A stretch of 64,000 bases of DNA from Pirellulales bacterium (GCA_036267355.1 DATAWG010000099.1:90393-154392); one strand, 5' to 3'. Counted from the first letter of the stretch, positions 19,342 to 29,120 are shown. Numbers and translations are program-made. Notes: generated from the sequence alone by a model not told the origin.

Positions 19342-19368
19342 CTCGCCCCTCGCCCCTCGCCCCTTCCC
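19342..19368. promoter_or_regulatory. Family C C-rich box (ctcgcccctcgcccctcgccccttccc) ending at the base before the ATG of the TPP enzyme gene
   Basis: Directly abuts ATG 19369 and is the inverted complement of 19178..19232, about 110 bp upstream. Confidence 0.55.
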
Positions 19369-21060
19369 ATGCGCGGCATCGACGCTTTTCTCGAAATGCT
19401 CGCCGCCGCCGGCGTTCGCCACATTTTCGGCAATCCGGGCACGACCGAGTTGCCGCTTTGCGATGCCATGCTGGCGGATGGCCGGCTGCAATACATTCTC
19501 GGGCTGCAAGAAGTGCCCGTAATGGCCATGGCCGACGGCTATGCGATGGCTTCTGGCAAGCTGGGCGTGGTAAATGTGCATATTTGCGCCGGCTTGGGCA
19601 ATGCGATGGGGATGCTCTACAACTCGTTTCGCTCCGGCACGCCGCTCTTGCTCACCGCCGGCCAGCAAGATCGCCGCTTGCGATTCGAAGAACCGATTCT
19701 GTGGGGCGACATGTTGGGCGTCGTGCGGCCGTGGACGAAATGGGCCGTGGAGGTCGAGCGCGTCGAAGATATTCCCTCGGCCATGCGGCGGGCGATGCAA
19801 ACCGCGCTCATGCCGCCGACCGGCCCCGTGTTCCTGTCGATCCCGCTCGACTTGCAAACCGCGTCGGCCGAATTCGACACGACGCTATCCAATCCGCCCG
19901 ATCCCCAAATTATTCCGGCTGCGGCGGCGATCGAGCGAGCAGTCGACGTGTTGCTTGCGGCCAAGCGGCCGGGAATTCTGGTCGGCAGCCGCGTAGTGGA
20001 GCGCGGGGCGGTGCAGGAATTGGCGACCGTGGCCGAGCGCCTCGGAGCGGCGGTGCTTTCGGAACCAGGAACGACGCACGGCCGGCTCAGCTTTCCCTCC
20101 GACCATCCGCTCTATGCCCAGGGCCTGCCGCTTTGGTCGCCCGAGATACGCCAGCGGCTCGCGGAGTTCGACACGCTGTTGGTCGTCGGCATGGACTTGT
20201 TTCGCCCATATCTTTATCACGAGCCGGCCCGCGCGATGCCCGAGCACATTCGCCTCGTGCATCTGGATGAAGATCAATATCAACTCGGGAAGAACTATCC
20301 GCTGGCCGCGGCGATTTGGGGCAGCACCAAAGGCGGCCTGGCGGCGCTCGACGCCGAATTGTCGCGCCGCATGACCGCCGAGCAAACCGCTGCCGCCCGA
20401 GGCCGGGCCGAATCGCTCGCGGCAGCGCAGCGGCGGGTCCGCGAATCGTTGCGCCGCGAGGCCGATGCGCAGCGGCGATTGCGCCCGATGACGCCGCTGG
20501 CGGCAATGGCGGCTGTCGCCGGCGTACTGCCGAAGAACGTCGCGGTCGTCGAAGAAGCAGTCACCACCACCAACACCACGCTCGAACGCTTGGGCGCGAT
20601 CGCCGATCCCTCGGGCTATTTCGGCCATCGCGGCTGGGCGCTGGGCTGGGGATTGGGCTGCTCGATCGGCGTGCGGTTGGCGTGGCCCGATCGGCCAGTA
20701 CTGGCCCTACTCGGCGACGGTGCGTCCCTCTACGGAATTCAAGGGCTGTGGACGGCCGCCCGCTATCGCATTCCAGTGACCTTCGTGATTTTCAACAATG
20801 CCCAGTACCAGATTCTGAAGATCGGCTCGCGAATGATGAACCTGCCGGAGGCCGGCGCGAGCCGGTTTTTGGGCATGGACATCACGGATCCCGAGGTCGA
20901 TTTTCTGGGATTGGCCCGATCGCTGAGCATCGCGGCCGAACGAGTGACCGAGCCGGAGGAATTGGCCGAGCGTGTGGCAACCTCGCTGGCCGGCGATCGA
21001 CCGCAATTGATCGAAGTGCCAATTGCCCGCGACGTGCAGGAGCGATTAACGTATGGGTGA
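19369..21060 (+). CDS. Thiamine pyrophosphate-dependent enzyme (acetolactate synthase large subunit / benzoylformate decarboxylase family)
   Basis: N-terminal TPP-enzyme Pyr domain IFGNPGTTELPL...GYAMASGK and the C-terminal TPP-binding motif LLGDGASLYGIQGLWTAARYRIPVTFVIFNNAQY (GDG...NN). An unusual Arg/Ala-rich coiled linker (RRMTAEQTAAARGRAESLAAAQRRVRESLRREADAQRRL) sits between the middle and PP domains. Confidence 0.8.
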   Translation: MRGIDAFLEMLAAAGVRHIFGNPGTTELPLCDAMLADGRLQYILGLQEVPVMAMADGYAMASGKLGVVNVHICAGLGNAMGMLYNSFRSGTPLLLTAGQQDRRLRFEEPILWGDMLGVVRPWTKWAVEVERVEDIPSAMRRAMQTALMPPTGPVFLSIPLDLQTASAEFDTTLSNPPDPQIIPAAAAIERAVDVLLAAKRPGILVGSRVVERGAVQELATVAERLGAAVLSEPGTTHGRLSFPSDHPLYAQGLPLWSPEIRQRLAEFDTLLVVGMDLFRPYLYHEPARAMPEHIRLVHLDEDQYQLGKNYPLAAAIWGSTKGGLAALDAELSRRMTAEQTAAARGRAESLAAAQRRVRESLRREADAQRRLRPMTPLAAMAAVAGVLPKNVAVVEEAVTTTNTTLERLGAIADPSGYFGHRGWALGWGLGCSIGVRLAWPDRPVLALLGDGASLYGIQGLWTAARYRIPVTFVIFNNAQYQILKIGSRMMNLPEAGASRFLGMDITDPEVDFLGLARSLSIAAERVTEPEELAERVATSLAGDRPQLIEVPIARDVQERLTYG

Positions 21061-21361
21061 GCGGATGGTTGTGAGGCAAAAGAGGACTGCCGGGGCGCCA
21101 CCGCTGGATTGCCCGGACAAGCCGGCAGTGGCATGCTTCATGCGCGGCGTCGCGCCGCTGTGCCGCTCAAATCATTGACCGGCCAAAGTGGGCCAGCGTA
21201 CAATCCGCGAATTCTTGTAGAGGCGGCCGGAGCGCGGACTGCGACGTTTGCAGGTTGCGACGTTCGCACTGCCGCGAAAGCGTTCTAGCCCGTTGCCGCG
21301 ATGCGTCGTCGAGGCGCCGTTTCTGTTGATCGTTCCTACGTTTTGTCATTGGGAATCTTCC

Positions 21362-22717
21362 ATGAATTGCCGCGCGTGTCGCGCCTGTTTGGCGATCGTC
21401 GGGCTGACATCAATTCTTGCGAGCGGATGCGAGCGGCGATCGAATGCCGATGCCCAGTCGGTTCGGCAGGTCGTGCGATTTGCTCCGGCGCAAACTCGCA
21501 AGGTCACCGACTACGCTTTCTATAATGGGCGGACGGCCGCGGTCGAGTCGGTCAACATCAAGGCGCGTGTCGACGGGTATCTCAATTCGGTCGATTTCGT
21601 CTCGGGCACGGAAGTGACGAAGGGAAAGCAACTCTTCAAGATCGATCCCCGGCCATACCAGGCAGCTTACGACGAGGTCGAGGGGCAAGTGCAGCTGGCC
21701 CAAGCCCGGCTCGGCCTGGCCGACGCCGATTTGAAGCGGGCAAACGAGCTTTTCAAAACGCCCGGCGCGATCAGCCAGCAAGACATCGACACGCGTGTCG
21801 CCGCTCAAAAGGAAGCCGTGGCCGCGGTCGCCGCTTCGAAAGCGAATGCCGAATCGGCAAAGCTGAATCTCGAATTCACGAGCATCGCTTCGCCGATCGA
21901 CGGCGTGGTCGATCGCAATCGGATCACGGTCGGGAATCTCGTGACCAAGGATTCGACGTTGCTGACGACGGTTGTGTCGCAAACGCCGATGTACGTTTAT
22001 TTCGACGTCGATGAATACACGATGCTTCGCGTCGAAAAGCTAATTCAGGAGGGCAAAGTTCCGTCGCACGAAAGGGGGAAAGCGGTGCCGGTGGAAATGG
22101 GCCTTTCCGACCAAGGCGACGAATATCCGATTTCCGGAAACATCGACTTCGTCAGCAATCAACTCGATTCGGGCACCGGCACGATCGCTGTCCGCGCGGT
22201 GTTCGACAATCCGAAGTTGACTTCCGCCGATGCTGCCGCCGATTCGACCGGAAGCCATCGTCTGATGCGGCCCGGCTTGTTCGTGCGAATCCGGCTTCCG
22301 CTCGGACCGCCGTACACGGCATTGGTCGTTCCGCAAGCGGCCGTCGGCACCGATCAGGGGCTGAAATATCTACTCGTGGTGAACGACAAAGGCGCGGTCG
22401 AATATCGCCCGGTGATTCAAGGCGCCGAGCAGGCCGACGGATGGCAGGTGGTCGTTCCCAAAAAGATGGTGCAAACGAACGAGGGCTTGCGGCCCCTCGA
22501 AGCCGGCGAGACCACGAGCGAGCCTACGGTCGATAGCCTGCGAGCCGACGATCGGGTCGTGGTCGGCGGACTGCAGCAAGTGCGGCCGGGCATGATCGTC
22601 AACGCGAAACCGATTCCGCCCGGCGAGCCGATGGCGATGCCGGCCACGGCGGGCCCGGGCCCGTCGCCCGCCGACCTGTCGCCGCCCGTTCCCACCAAAA
22701 CCGAGAAACAGCACTAG
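21362..22717 (+). CDS. Efflux RND transporter periplasmic adaptor subunit (membrane fusion protein, HlyD/AcrA family), lipoprotein
   Basis: ATG at 21362 gives MNCRACRACLAIVGLTSILASGC (lipobox LASGC). It has a coiled-coil hairpin (QAAYDEVEGQVQLAQARLGLADADLKRANELF) and lipoyl/beta-barrel segments, and sits immediately upstream of the RND permease. Confidence 0.85.
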   Translation: MNCRACRACLAIVGLTSILASGCERRSNADAQSVRQVVRFAPAQTRKVTDYAFYNGRTAAVESVNIKARVDGYLNSVDFVSGTEVTKGKQLFKIDPRPYQAAYDEVEGQVQLAQARLGLADADLKRANELFKTPGAISQQDIDTRVAAQKEAVAAVAASKANAESAKLNLEFTSIASPIDGVVDRNRITVGNLVTKDSTLLTTVVSQTPMYVYFDVDEYTMLRVEKLIQEGKVPSHERGKAVPVEMGLSDQGDEYPISGNIDFVSNQLDSGTGTIAVRAVFDNPKLTSADAAADSTGSHRLMRPGLFVRIRLPLGPPYTALVVPQAAVGTDQGLKYLLVVNDKGAVEYRPVIQGAEQADGWQVVVPKKMVQTNEGLRPLEAGETTSEPTVDSLRADDRVVVGGLQQVRPGMIVNAKPIPPGEPMAMPATAGPGPSPADLSPPVPTKTEKQH

Positions 22718-22724
22718 GCGTTTT

Positions 22725-22767
22725 TCCCCGAACCCTATCCCCTCACCCTCGCCCCCACCCTTTCCCC
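22725..22767. promoter_or_regulatory. Family C C-rich box (ccccgaaccctatcccctcaccctcgcccccaccctttcccc) directly abutting the GTG start of the RND permease
   Basis: Same CCTCACCCTCGCCC core as at 13881, 19342 and 29124. It lies in the 50-bp gap between the adaptor and permease genes; no G-rich partner was found nearby. Confidence 0.5.
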
Positions 22768-25700
22768 GTGTTCTCACGCTTCTTCATCGAACGGCCGATC
22801 TTCGCCTGGGTGGTGTCGATCGTCATCGTCTTGGTCGGCGGAGTGGCGGCGTTTCGATTGCCGATCGCGCAGTATCCCGATATCACGCCACCGACCGTGC
22901 AGGTGTCGGCGATCTATCCCGGCGCGAATGCGCAAGTCGTCGCCGACAGCGTGGCCGCGCCGATCGAGCAGCAAGTCAACGGCGTCGAGCGGATGATGTA
23001 TATGTCGTCGCAATGCACCAACGACGGCGCGTATTCGCTGACGATCACGTTCGAGCTTGGCACCGATCTCAATATGGCGCAGGTGTTGGTGCAAAACCGC
23101 GTGGCGCTTGCCATGCCGCAATTGCCGTCGCAGGTGCAGGTGCAAGGAGTCACGACGAAAAAGAAATCGCCAAGCATTCTCTTGGCGGTAAACCTGATAT
23201 CGCCACACCACTCGCTCGACGATCTTTACCTTTCGAACTACGCCACGATCCAGATCAAAGACGAATTGCTGCGGCTTCCCGGCGTCGGCGATTTGAGCTA
23301 TTTGGGCCAGCGCGATTACAGCATGCGAGTGTGGCTCGATCCACAAAGGATGGCCTCGCGCAATCTGACCGCCAGCGAGGTCGTGCGCGCGGTGCAAAAC
23401 CAAAACGTGCAAGTGGCTGCCGGGCAGATCGGCCGCGAACCGATGCTTCCCGGCCAGCAATTTCAGTTCACGATGAGCACGCTGGGCCGATTGCTGGATC
23501 GCTCGCAGTTCGAAAACATCATCATCAAAACCGGCGCTGCCGACGCGACACAAGGCGACACATCCAGCCAAGTGGTTCGGCTCCGCGACGTGGCCCGCGT
23601 CGAGCTCGGAGCGCAGCAATACGATCAAATATGCCGGCTCGACGGGCAGCCGTCGGTCGGATTGGCGGTGTTCCAATTGCCCGGCTCGAACGCGCTCGCC
23701 GTGGCCAATGCGGTCAAAGCCACGATGGAAACGCTCAAAAAGCGGTTTCCCAAAGACCTCGACTACCGCATCGTTTACGACACAACGCCGTTCATTGACC
23801 AATCGATCCACGAAGTGTTCAAGACGCTCGGCGAAGCGATCTTGTTGGTGGCGATCGTGGTGCTGTTCTTCCTGCAAGATTGGAAGGCGATGATTTTGCC
23901 GATGATCGACGTGCCCGTCTCGCTGGTGGGCACATTTGCCATCATGGCCATTCTGGGATTCAGCCTGAACAATCTTACGCTGTTCGGCATGGTGCTAGCG
24001 ATCGGCATCGTGGTCGATGATGCCATTGTCGTGCTGGAAAATGTCGAGCGGCAACTGTCGTTCGGGCTCGACCCAAAAACTGCCACGATCAGGGCCATGG
24101 ACGAAATCACCGGCCCGATCATCGCCATCACGCTGGTGCTCTGTGCGGTGTTTTTGCCGAGCGTGTTCATGCCGGGCGTGACGGGACAGTTCTTCCGGCA
24201 GTTTGCACTGGTGATTTCCTCCGCGATGGTTATCTCGGCGATCAATGCCCTCACGCTAACGCCGTCTCGCGCCGTGGCCATCTTCTCGTCCGAAGAACTC
24301 GACGAGCACGGCCATCCGCGGCGCGAGGCGCTTCCCTGGTGGATTTTCGCGATCCTTGGCGGGCTGATCTCGGCGAAGCTACTGCACGATCCGATGATGG
24401 GCTGGCTGGGGATTTCGATGGGGCATGACTCGCACGGGGCGGCGGCGTCCCGCGGCATGTCGGAATTGCTCTCGTGGCTAGTTTTCGCAGCCGCCGCGCT
24501 GCCGGGACTCATCGCCGGCGGCGTGCTTGGAAAGATCGTGATCCGGCCGGTCAACAAAGCGCTGGCGCGGCTGTTCGGCGCATTCAATCGCCTGTTCGAC
24601 CGATTGACGGTTTTCTATGGCCAAACGATCGCCCGGCTGTTGCGTGTGTCGGCGATCGTGATGCTGGTGTACGTCGGCTTGCTCTTCCTGACCGGCTGGT
24701 CGATGAACCGAGCGCCGAAGGGATTCATTCCGACGCAAGATCAGGGCTACTTGCTCGTGAATGTCCAATTGCCCGACTCGGCTTCGGTGCAGCGAACGAA
24801 ACAGGTGATGGCGCAAATCGATCGGATCGCGCTCGGCAGCGCCGACGGCAAGGATCGCACGCCCGGCGTGATCCACACGCTGTCGATTGCCGGGCAGTCG
24901 TTCTTGCTCAATGCCAATGGATCCAATTTCGGTTCGTGCTTTGTCATCCTCGACGATTTTTCCAAGCGCCACACGGCGGCGGAATACGACGAAGCGGTCG
25001 CCCAAACGCTCCGCAAGCGATTCGCCGCCGAGATCGACGGGGCGCAGATTCAAGTGTTTCGCGCTCCGCCGATTCAAGGCCTCGGCACGGCGGGCGGCTT
25101 TAAGGTGCAAGTCGAGCAGCGCGGCTATTCCGATTTGCCGGCACTGCAGCAGCAATGCGAACAATTGGTGGCCGATGCCGGCAGCGACCGTCGGCTCGTC
25201 GGGTTATTCAGCATGTTCCGAGCCGGCACGCCGCAGATTTTCCTCGATATCGATCGCAGCAAATGCCAATTGCTCGGCGTCAATGTCAACGAAGTGTTCA
25301 ACACGCTCGAAGTGTACATGGGGGGCTATTTCATCAATTTGTTCAATGCGTTCGGCCGCACCTGGCAAGTGAACATGATGGCCGAATCGCGGTTCCGCAA
25401 TCGCGCCTCCGATTTGCAGCAACTGCAGGTCCGCAACGCGGCCGGCCAGATGGTTCCGCTGGGAACGCTGGTGAAATCGGAAAGCGTCGGCGGGCCCGTG
25501 ATGGTTATCCGCTACAACATGTATCCCTCGGCCCCCGTGGTCGGCAATCCCGCGCCGGGCACCAGTTCCGGCGACGTGGTGCGGATCATCGAAAACAAAG
25601 GCGATCAAGCCGGCATCGTATCGGAGTGGACCGAGATCATGTATTTACAGTTGCAAGAAGGGAGTGGGGCAATTGTCGTGTTCCTCGTCGGCTCGGCACT

Positions 25701-26196
25701 GGTGTTTTTCGTGTTGGCCGCGAAATACGAAAGCTGGAAATTGCCGATGGCGGTGATTCTCGTCGTGCCGATGTGTTTGCTTTGCTCGGTCGAGGGAATG
25801 ATGCTGGTCGCGCTGCCGGTCGATATTTTCGTGCAGATCGGCTTTCTGGTGTTGGTGGGTCTGGCGGCGAAGAATGCGATTTTGATCGTTGAATTCGCCG
25901 CACAGATGGCGGCCGAGGGGAAGCCCGTGTTCGAAGCCACCGTCGAGGCGGCCCGATTGCGGCTCCGGCCGATCGTAATGACCTCGCTGGCATTTATCCT
26001 AGGCGTGGTGCCGCTGATGATCGGCGAAGGGGCCGGAGCCGAAATGCGCCGCTCGCTGGGCACGGCTGTTTTCGCGGGCATGATCGGCGTTACCGGCTTC
26101 GGGATCATTCTCACGCCGATTTTTTTCTACGTGATCCTCCGCCGCAGCCCACCCAAGCCGGCCGCTGCCGATCACACGAAACCGGCCGGGAAATAG
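22768..26196 (+). CDS. RND efflux permease (HAE1/AcrB-AcrD-AcrF family), 1142 aa, with GTG start and long insertions
   Basis: MFSRFFIERPIFAWVVSIVIVLVGGVAAFRLPIAQYPDITPPTVQVSAIYPGANAQVVADSVAAPIEQ is the canonical AcrB N-terminus, and 12 TM plus two large periplasmic loops are recognisable. The ORF starts with gtg at 22768. A histidine/Met-rich insert (LDEHGHPRREALPWW...GISMGHDSHGAAASRGM) makes it about 100 aa longer than the E. coli homolog. Confidence 0.9.
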   Translation: MFSRFFIERPIFAWVVSIVIVLVGGVAAFRLPIAQYPDITPPTVQVSAIYPGANAQVVADSVAAPIEQQVNGVERMMYMSSQCTNDGAYSLTITFELGTDLNMAQVLVQNRVALAMPQLPSQVQVQGVTTKKKSPSILLAVNLISPHHSLDDLYLSNYATIQIKDELLRLPGVGDLSYLGQRDYSMRVWLDPQRMASRNLTASEVVRAVQNQNVQVAAGQIGREPMLPGQQFQFTMSTLGRLLDRSQFENIIIKTGAADATQGDTSSQVVRLRDVARVELGAQQYDQICRLDGQPSVGLAVFQLPGSNALAVANAVKATMETLKKRFPKDLDYRIVYDTTPFIDQSIHEVFKTLGEAILLVAIVVLFFLQDWKAMILPMIDVPVSLVGTFAIMAILGFSLNNLTLFGMVLAIGIVVDDAIVVLENVERQLSFGLDPKTATIRAMDEITGPIIAITLVLCAVFLPSVFMPGVTGQFFRQFALVISSAMVISAINALTLTPSRAVAIFSSEELDEHGHPRREALPWWIFAILGGLISAKLLHDPMMGWLGISMGHDSHGAAASRGMSELLSWLVFAAAALPGLIAGGVLGKIVIRPVNKALARLFGAFNRLFDRLTVFYGQTIARLLRVSAIVMLVYVGLLFLTGWSMNRAPKGFIPTQDQGYLLVNVQLPDSASVQRTKQVMAQIDRIALGSADGKDRTPGVIHTLSIAGQSFLLNANGSNFGSCFVILDDFSKRHTAAEYDEAVAQTLRKRFAAEIDGAQIQVFRAPPIQGLGTAGGFKVQVEQRGYSDLPALQQQCEQLVADAGSDRRLVGLFSMFRAGTPQIFLDIDRSKCQLLGVNVNEVFNTLEVYMGGYFINLFNAFGRTWQVNMMAESRFRNRASDLQQLQVRNAAGQMVPLGTLVKSESVGGPVMVIRYNMYPSAPVVGNPAPGTSSGDVVRIIENKGDQAGIVSEWTEIMYLQLQEGSGAIVVFLVGSALVFFVLAAKYESWKLPMAVILVVPMCLLCSVEGMMLVALPVDIFVQIGFLVLVGLAAKNAILIVEFAAQMAAEGKPVFEATVEAARLRLRPIVMTSLAFILGVVPLMIGEGAGAEMRRSLGTAVFAGMIGVTGFGIILTPIFFYVILRRSPPKPAAADHTKPAGK

Positions 26197-26352
26197 CACG
26201 ACGAAGCCGTGCTCGACAACACTTGCTCCGCGCTTTGGATACCGTAAACTCAACGAATATGGCAGCGTAAGTTTGACCGGCCGGCCCGCGCCGAGCATCG
26301 CTTGTGGTTTCGCGCGTCGGCCATTCATAAATCGCTCACCACTCGAACCACC

Positions 26353-26964
26353 ATGCACCACAGAATACACCGAACATCCCTTTTTGCCGCAATGCTCGCT
26401 GTCGCGGCGGCGACCGTGTTGGTAGCCGGCGCCGGCTGCCAGGCCGGTTCTTCGGCGCCGGCGAGCACGGCCCCGGGAGCAAACGCGATGACGATATCGA
26501 TCACCAGTAGCGCGTTCAAAGCTGGCGAACCGATTCCCGCGCAGTATACTGCCGACGGCAAGGATATTTCACCGCCGCTGGCATGGACCGGCGCGCCGCG
26601 GGCGACGAAGGAATTCGTCCTAATCTGTGACGATCCCGACGCTCCGTCGGCCCAGCCGTGGGTCCATTGGGTGATGTATAAAATTCCGGCCGACACGAAA
26701 TCACTCGCCGAGGCGATTCCCCGCGAGACGAATCCACCATCGCCGGCCGGCGCGGTGCAAGGAATCAATTCGTTCGGCAAAGGCAAACTCGGCTATCTCG
26801 GACCCTCGCCGCCGAAGGGAAAGCCACACCACTACCATTTCCATCTCTACGCCCTCGACACGACGCTCCCGGCAACGCCCGGCCTCGACAAGGAAAAAGT
26901 GCTCGCCGCGATGAAGGGTCACATGATTGGCGAAGGCGAATTGATTGGCACCTACCAACGTTGA
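26353..26964 (+). CDS. YbhB/YbcL family Raf-kinase-inhibitor-like (PEBP) lipoprotein
   Basis: ATG at 26353 gives MHHRIHRTSLFAAMLAVAAATVLVAGAGC (lipobox). PEBP motifs DISPPLAWTGAP, CDDPDAP and HHYHFHLYALD. Confidence 0.8.
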   Translation: MHHRIHRTSLFAAMLAVAAATVLVAGAGCQAGSSAPASTAPGANAMTISITSSAFKAGEPIPAQYTADGKDISPPLAWTGAPRATKEFVLICDDPDAPSAQPWVHWVMYKIPADTKSLAEAIPRETNPPSPAGAVQGINSFGKGKLGYLGPSPPKGKPHHYHFHLYALDTTLPATPGLDKEKVLAAMKGHMIGEGELIGTYQR

Positions 26965-26993
26965 CGCATTGGTTGTGGCGGAGCGATCCGCCG

Positions 26994-27057
26994 GGGCTCC
27001 CTCGCTAACGCTTCGGGCCAGTATGACCGACACCAGCCCGAAGCGTTAGCGAGGGGC
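26994..27057. repeat. Family B palindromic element: ggggctccctcgctaacgcttcgggcc-agtatgaccgacacca-gcccgaagcgttagcgagggg
   Basis: Perfect 20-bp arms CCCTCGCTAACGCTTCGGGC / GCCCGAAGCGTTAGCGAGGG with a 16-bp loop, 30 bp after the PEBP stop. Confidence 0.8.
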
Positions 27058-27118
27058 GGCCCCGCGAGGCAGAGTGAATCCGCTACGACCGCCATTAAAC
27101 ACCAGAGAACCCGACACC

Positions 27119-28153
27119 ATGCCGAGCCATCGCCAAACCATTTGCGTTCGCCGCCGAATGTTGCTTGCCGCGACCATTGCCGTCGGATCTTGTATCCAAC
27201 TCGCGGCCGCCGCCGATCAGCCAGCCACCATTGGCGCGCACACGAATTGGGTCACGGCCGTGGCGTTCTCGCCGACCGACGGCACGTTGGTCAGTGTCGG
27301 CGGGCAGAGCCTTTTGTATCGGCCCGGTGAAGTGCTGCTGTGGAACCCGAGCGATGGAAAATTGAAAGCGTCGCTCGACGGATCGGCCACGACGGTCTGG
27401 TCGGTGGCAGTTTCACCGGATGGCAAAATGCTCGCCACCGGCGGCTACGACGGAGTCGTCAAGCTCTGGGAAATGCCCTCGGGCAAACCGCTCCGCGATT
27501 TGAAAAAACACAAGCATTGGGTCCGCGCGCTGGCCTTTACGCCCGACAGCAAGTTTCTCGTCTCGGGGAGCGAAGACACGACGGTGATCGTGTGGGAAGC
27601 TGGCTCTGGCAAGGATGTGAAAACAATCGAGGCCCATGCGGGGCCGGTCTATGGCGTGGCCGTTTCGCCGGACGGCAAGACGATTGCCACCGCCGGCGGC
27701 GACAACTTGGCCAAGCTCTGGGATTTCGACAAGGGCACGATGCGGGCGAAGCTCGAAGGGCACCAGGATGCGGTGTGGACCGTGGCCTATCGCAAGGATG
27801 GCTCGCTGCTGGCGACGGCCGGGGCGGATCATGTCGTGAAGCTGTGGTCGCCCGACGGCAAATCGCAGGGCGAGTTGACGGGGCACAAGGATTGGATCCT
27901 CTCGGCCGCGTTTTCGCCCACCGACGGCAACGTGCTCGCCACCGGCAGCCACGATCGCACGGCCAAGCTGTGGGACATCGGCGCTAAGAAAGAATCGCAA
28001 TCGATTCCGTTGAAAGGAGCGGCCTGGGGCGTCGCCATTTCACCGGACGGCAAGCTGCTGGCGATCGGCAGCCATGGCGATTCGCTGACGGTGTGGGATA
28101 TCGCGGCCAAGAAGAGCCGCTTCGCAGCGCCGGCGACCGCGGCTAACAAATAA
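27119..28153 (+). CDS. Secreted WD40 repeat (7-bladed beta-propeller) protein
   Basis: Signal peptide MPSHRQTICVRRRMLLAATIAVGSCIQLAAAADQP, then repeated units such as HTNWVTAVAFSPDG..LVSVG, VWSVAVSPDGKMLATGGYDGVVKLWE, HWVRALAFTPDSKFLVSGSEDTTVIVWE, GPVYGVAVSPDGKTIATAGGDNLAKLWD and ILSAAFSPTDGNVLATGSHDRTAKLWD. Confidence 0.8.
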   Translation: MPSHRQTICVRRRMLLAATIAVGSCIQLAAAADQPATIGAHTNWVTAVAFSPTDGTLVSVGGQSLLYRPGEVLLWNPSDGKLKASLDGSATTVWSVAVSPDGKMLATGGYDGVVKLWEMPSGKPLRDLKKHKHWVRALAFTPDSKFLVSGSEDTTVIVWEAGSGKDVKTIEAHAGPVYGVAVSPDGKTIATAGGDNLAKLWDFDKGTMRAKLEGHQDAVWTVAYRKDGSLLATAGADHVVKLWSPDGKSQGELTGHKDWILSAAFSPTDGNVLATGSHDRTAKLWDIGAKKESQSIPLKGAAWGVAISPDGKLLAIGSHGDSLTVWDIAAKKSRFAAPATAANK

Positions 28154-28302
28154 TTTTTGCGCCGGCGAGCGAAGCAATCCGACGATCGCAAGTCCGCGGG
28201 CCCAAGCCCGGGGAAGGCCTGGAGAGCCGCCACGACTGGCGAATGCTTTCCTTGGCCTTCCCTGGGCTTCGCGAAGTGCATTCGAAGATCGACCTACCGC
28301 CG

Positions 28303-29019
28303 TCAGGCCGCGGTGAGCAATTTCCGCGGCGCACGGTCACGGCGGCCCGGCTGTTCGCACTGCTTTCGCGTTCCGGATTCCGCCCAGGCTTCCGCTTCGA
28401 CCGTGAGCCGGTTCAGCAGCCGTTCCACTTTTCCGCGATAAAGCTCGATGCCAGCGCGATCCAGATTCGGCGGAATCGCGATTGTCGGGCTGGTAACGGC
28501 TCGAATTCGGGAGCCCAGCCGTGGCACGGCGAAGCGATCCCACGAACCCGCCCGCCACGGCCGATCGTAGCCGAAGCCCATCAGCACCAGCGGCAGCCCC
28601 AGCTTCGACGCCAGAAAAATGCAACCGGGAGCGAGCGTGCGCCGCGGGCCGCGTGGGCCGTCGGGCGTAATGGCCAGATTGAGTTCGTTGCAATCGCAAA
28701 GCAATTCGCGCAGCGCCACCGCGCCCCCTTTATACGTCGAGCCGCGCACGCAATCGAAACCCATGTGGTAGGCGATGCGGGCCAAGATTTCGGCGTCGCG
28801 ATGCCGGCTCAAGAGCATTGCCAGATTGCAATTTCCGCGCAGATAGAGCGGGGCGAGAATGTATTCGTGCCAGAAGATATAAATCTTTTGGCCCTCGCAT
28901 GCCGGATTCACCGGGTCGACGGCCGGATCGTACAACGCCGCCTTGTATTCCATCGTGCCCATCCAACGCCGCACCGCGGCGGAGGCGAGAAGGCCGGCGA
29001 AGTTCGTAAATAGGGGCAT
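28303..29019 (-). CDS. Lysophospholipid acyltransferase-like protein (DUF374 / LPLAT family)
   Basis: MPLFTNFAGLLASAAVRRWMGTMEYKAALYDPAVDPVNPACEGQKIYIFWHEYILAPLYLRGNCNLAMLLSRHRDAEILARIAYHMGFDCVRGSTYKGGAVALRELL...ITPDGPRGP matches the DUF374 architecture (Kdo2-lipid A / lipid acyltransferase accessory family). Minus ATG at 29019. Confidence 0.7.
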   Translation of the reverse strand: MPLFTNFAGLLASAAVRRWMGTMEYKAALYDPAVDPVNPACEGQKIYIFWHEYILAPLYLRGNCNLAMLLSRHRDAEILARIAYHMGFDCVRGSTYKGGAVALRELLCDCNELNLAITPDGPRGPRRTLAPGCIFLASKLGLPLVLMGFGYDRPWRAGSWDRFAVPRLGSRIRAVTSPTIAIPPNLDRAGIELYRGKVERLLNRLTVEAEAWAESGTRKQCEQPGRRDRAPRKLLTAA

Positions 29020-29050
29020 GGGCGAGGGGCGACGGGCGAGGGGCGAGTGA
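29020..29050. promoter_or_regulatory. Family C element (gggcgaggggcgacgggcgaggggcgagtg on +; C-rich on the coding strand) abutting the start codon of the minus-strand LPLAT gene
   Basis: Reverse complement reads cactcgcccctcgcccgtcgcccctcgccc-ATG. The partner copy at 29124..29157 overlaps the dapF stop. Confidence 0.5.
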
Positions 29051-29120
29051 AGCGGCCGATACCGCTACGCGATTTTTTCGGGTTCGTTCAAGTCACTCAA
29101 AAAAAACTTCCACATCTGGG

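Noticed and set aside
19458-20628. Several 140-270-aa ORFs (both strands) inside the TPP-enzyme gene
   Set aside because: Overlap a well-supported CDS; Arg/Ala-rich low-complexity translations.
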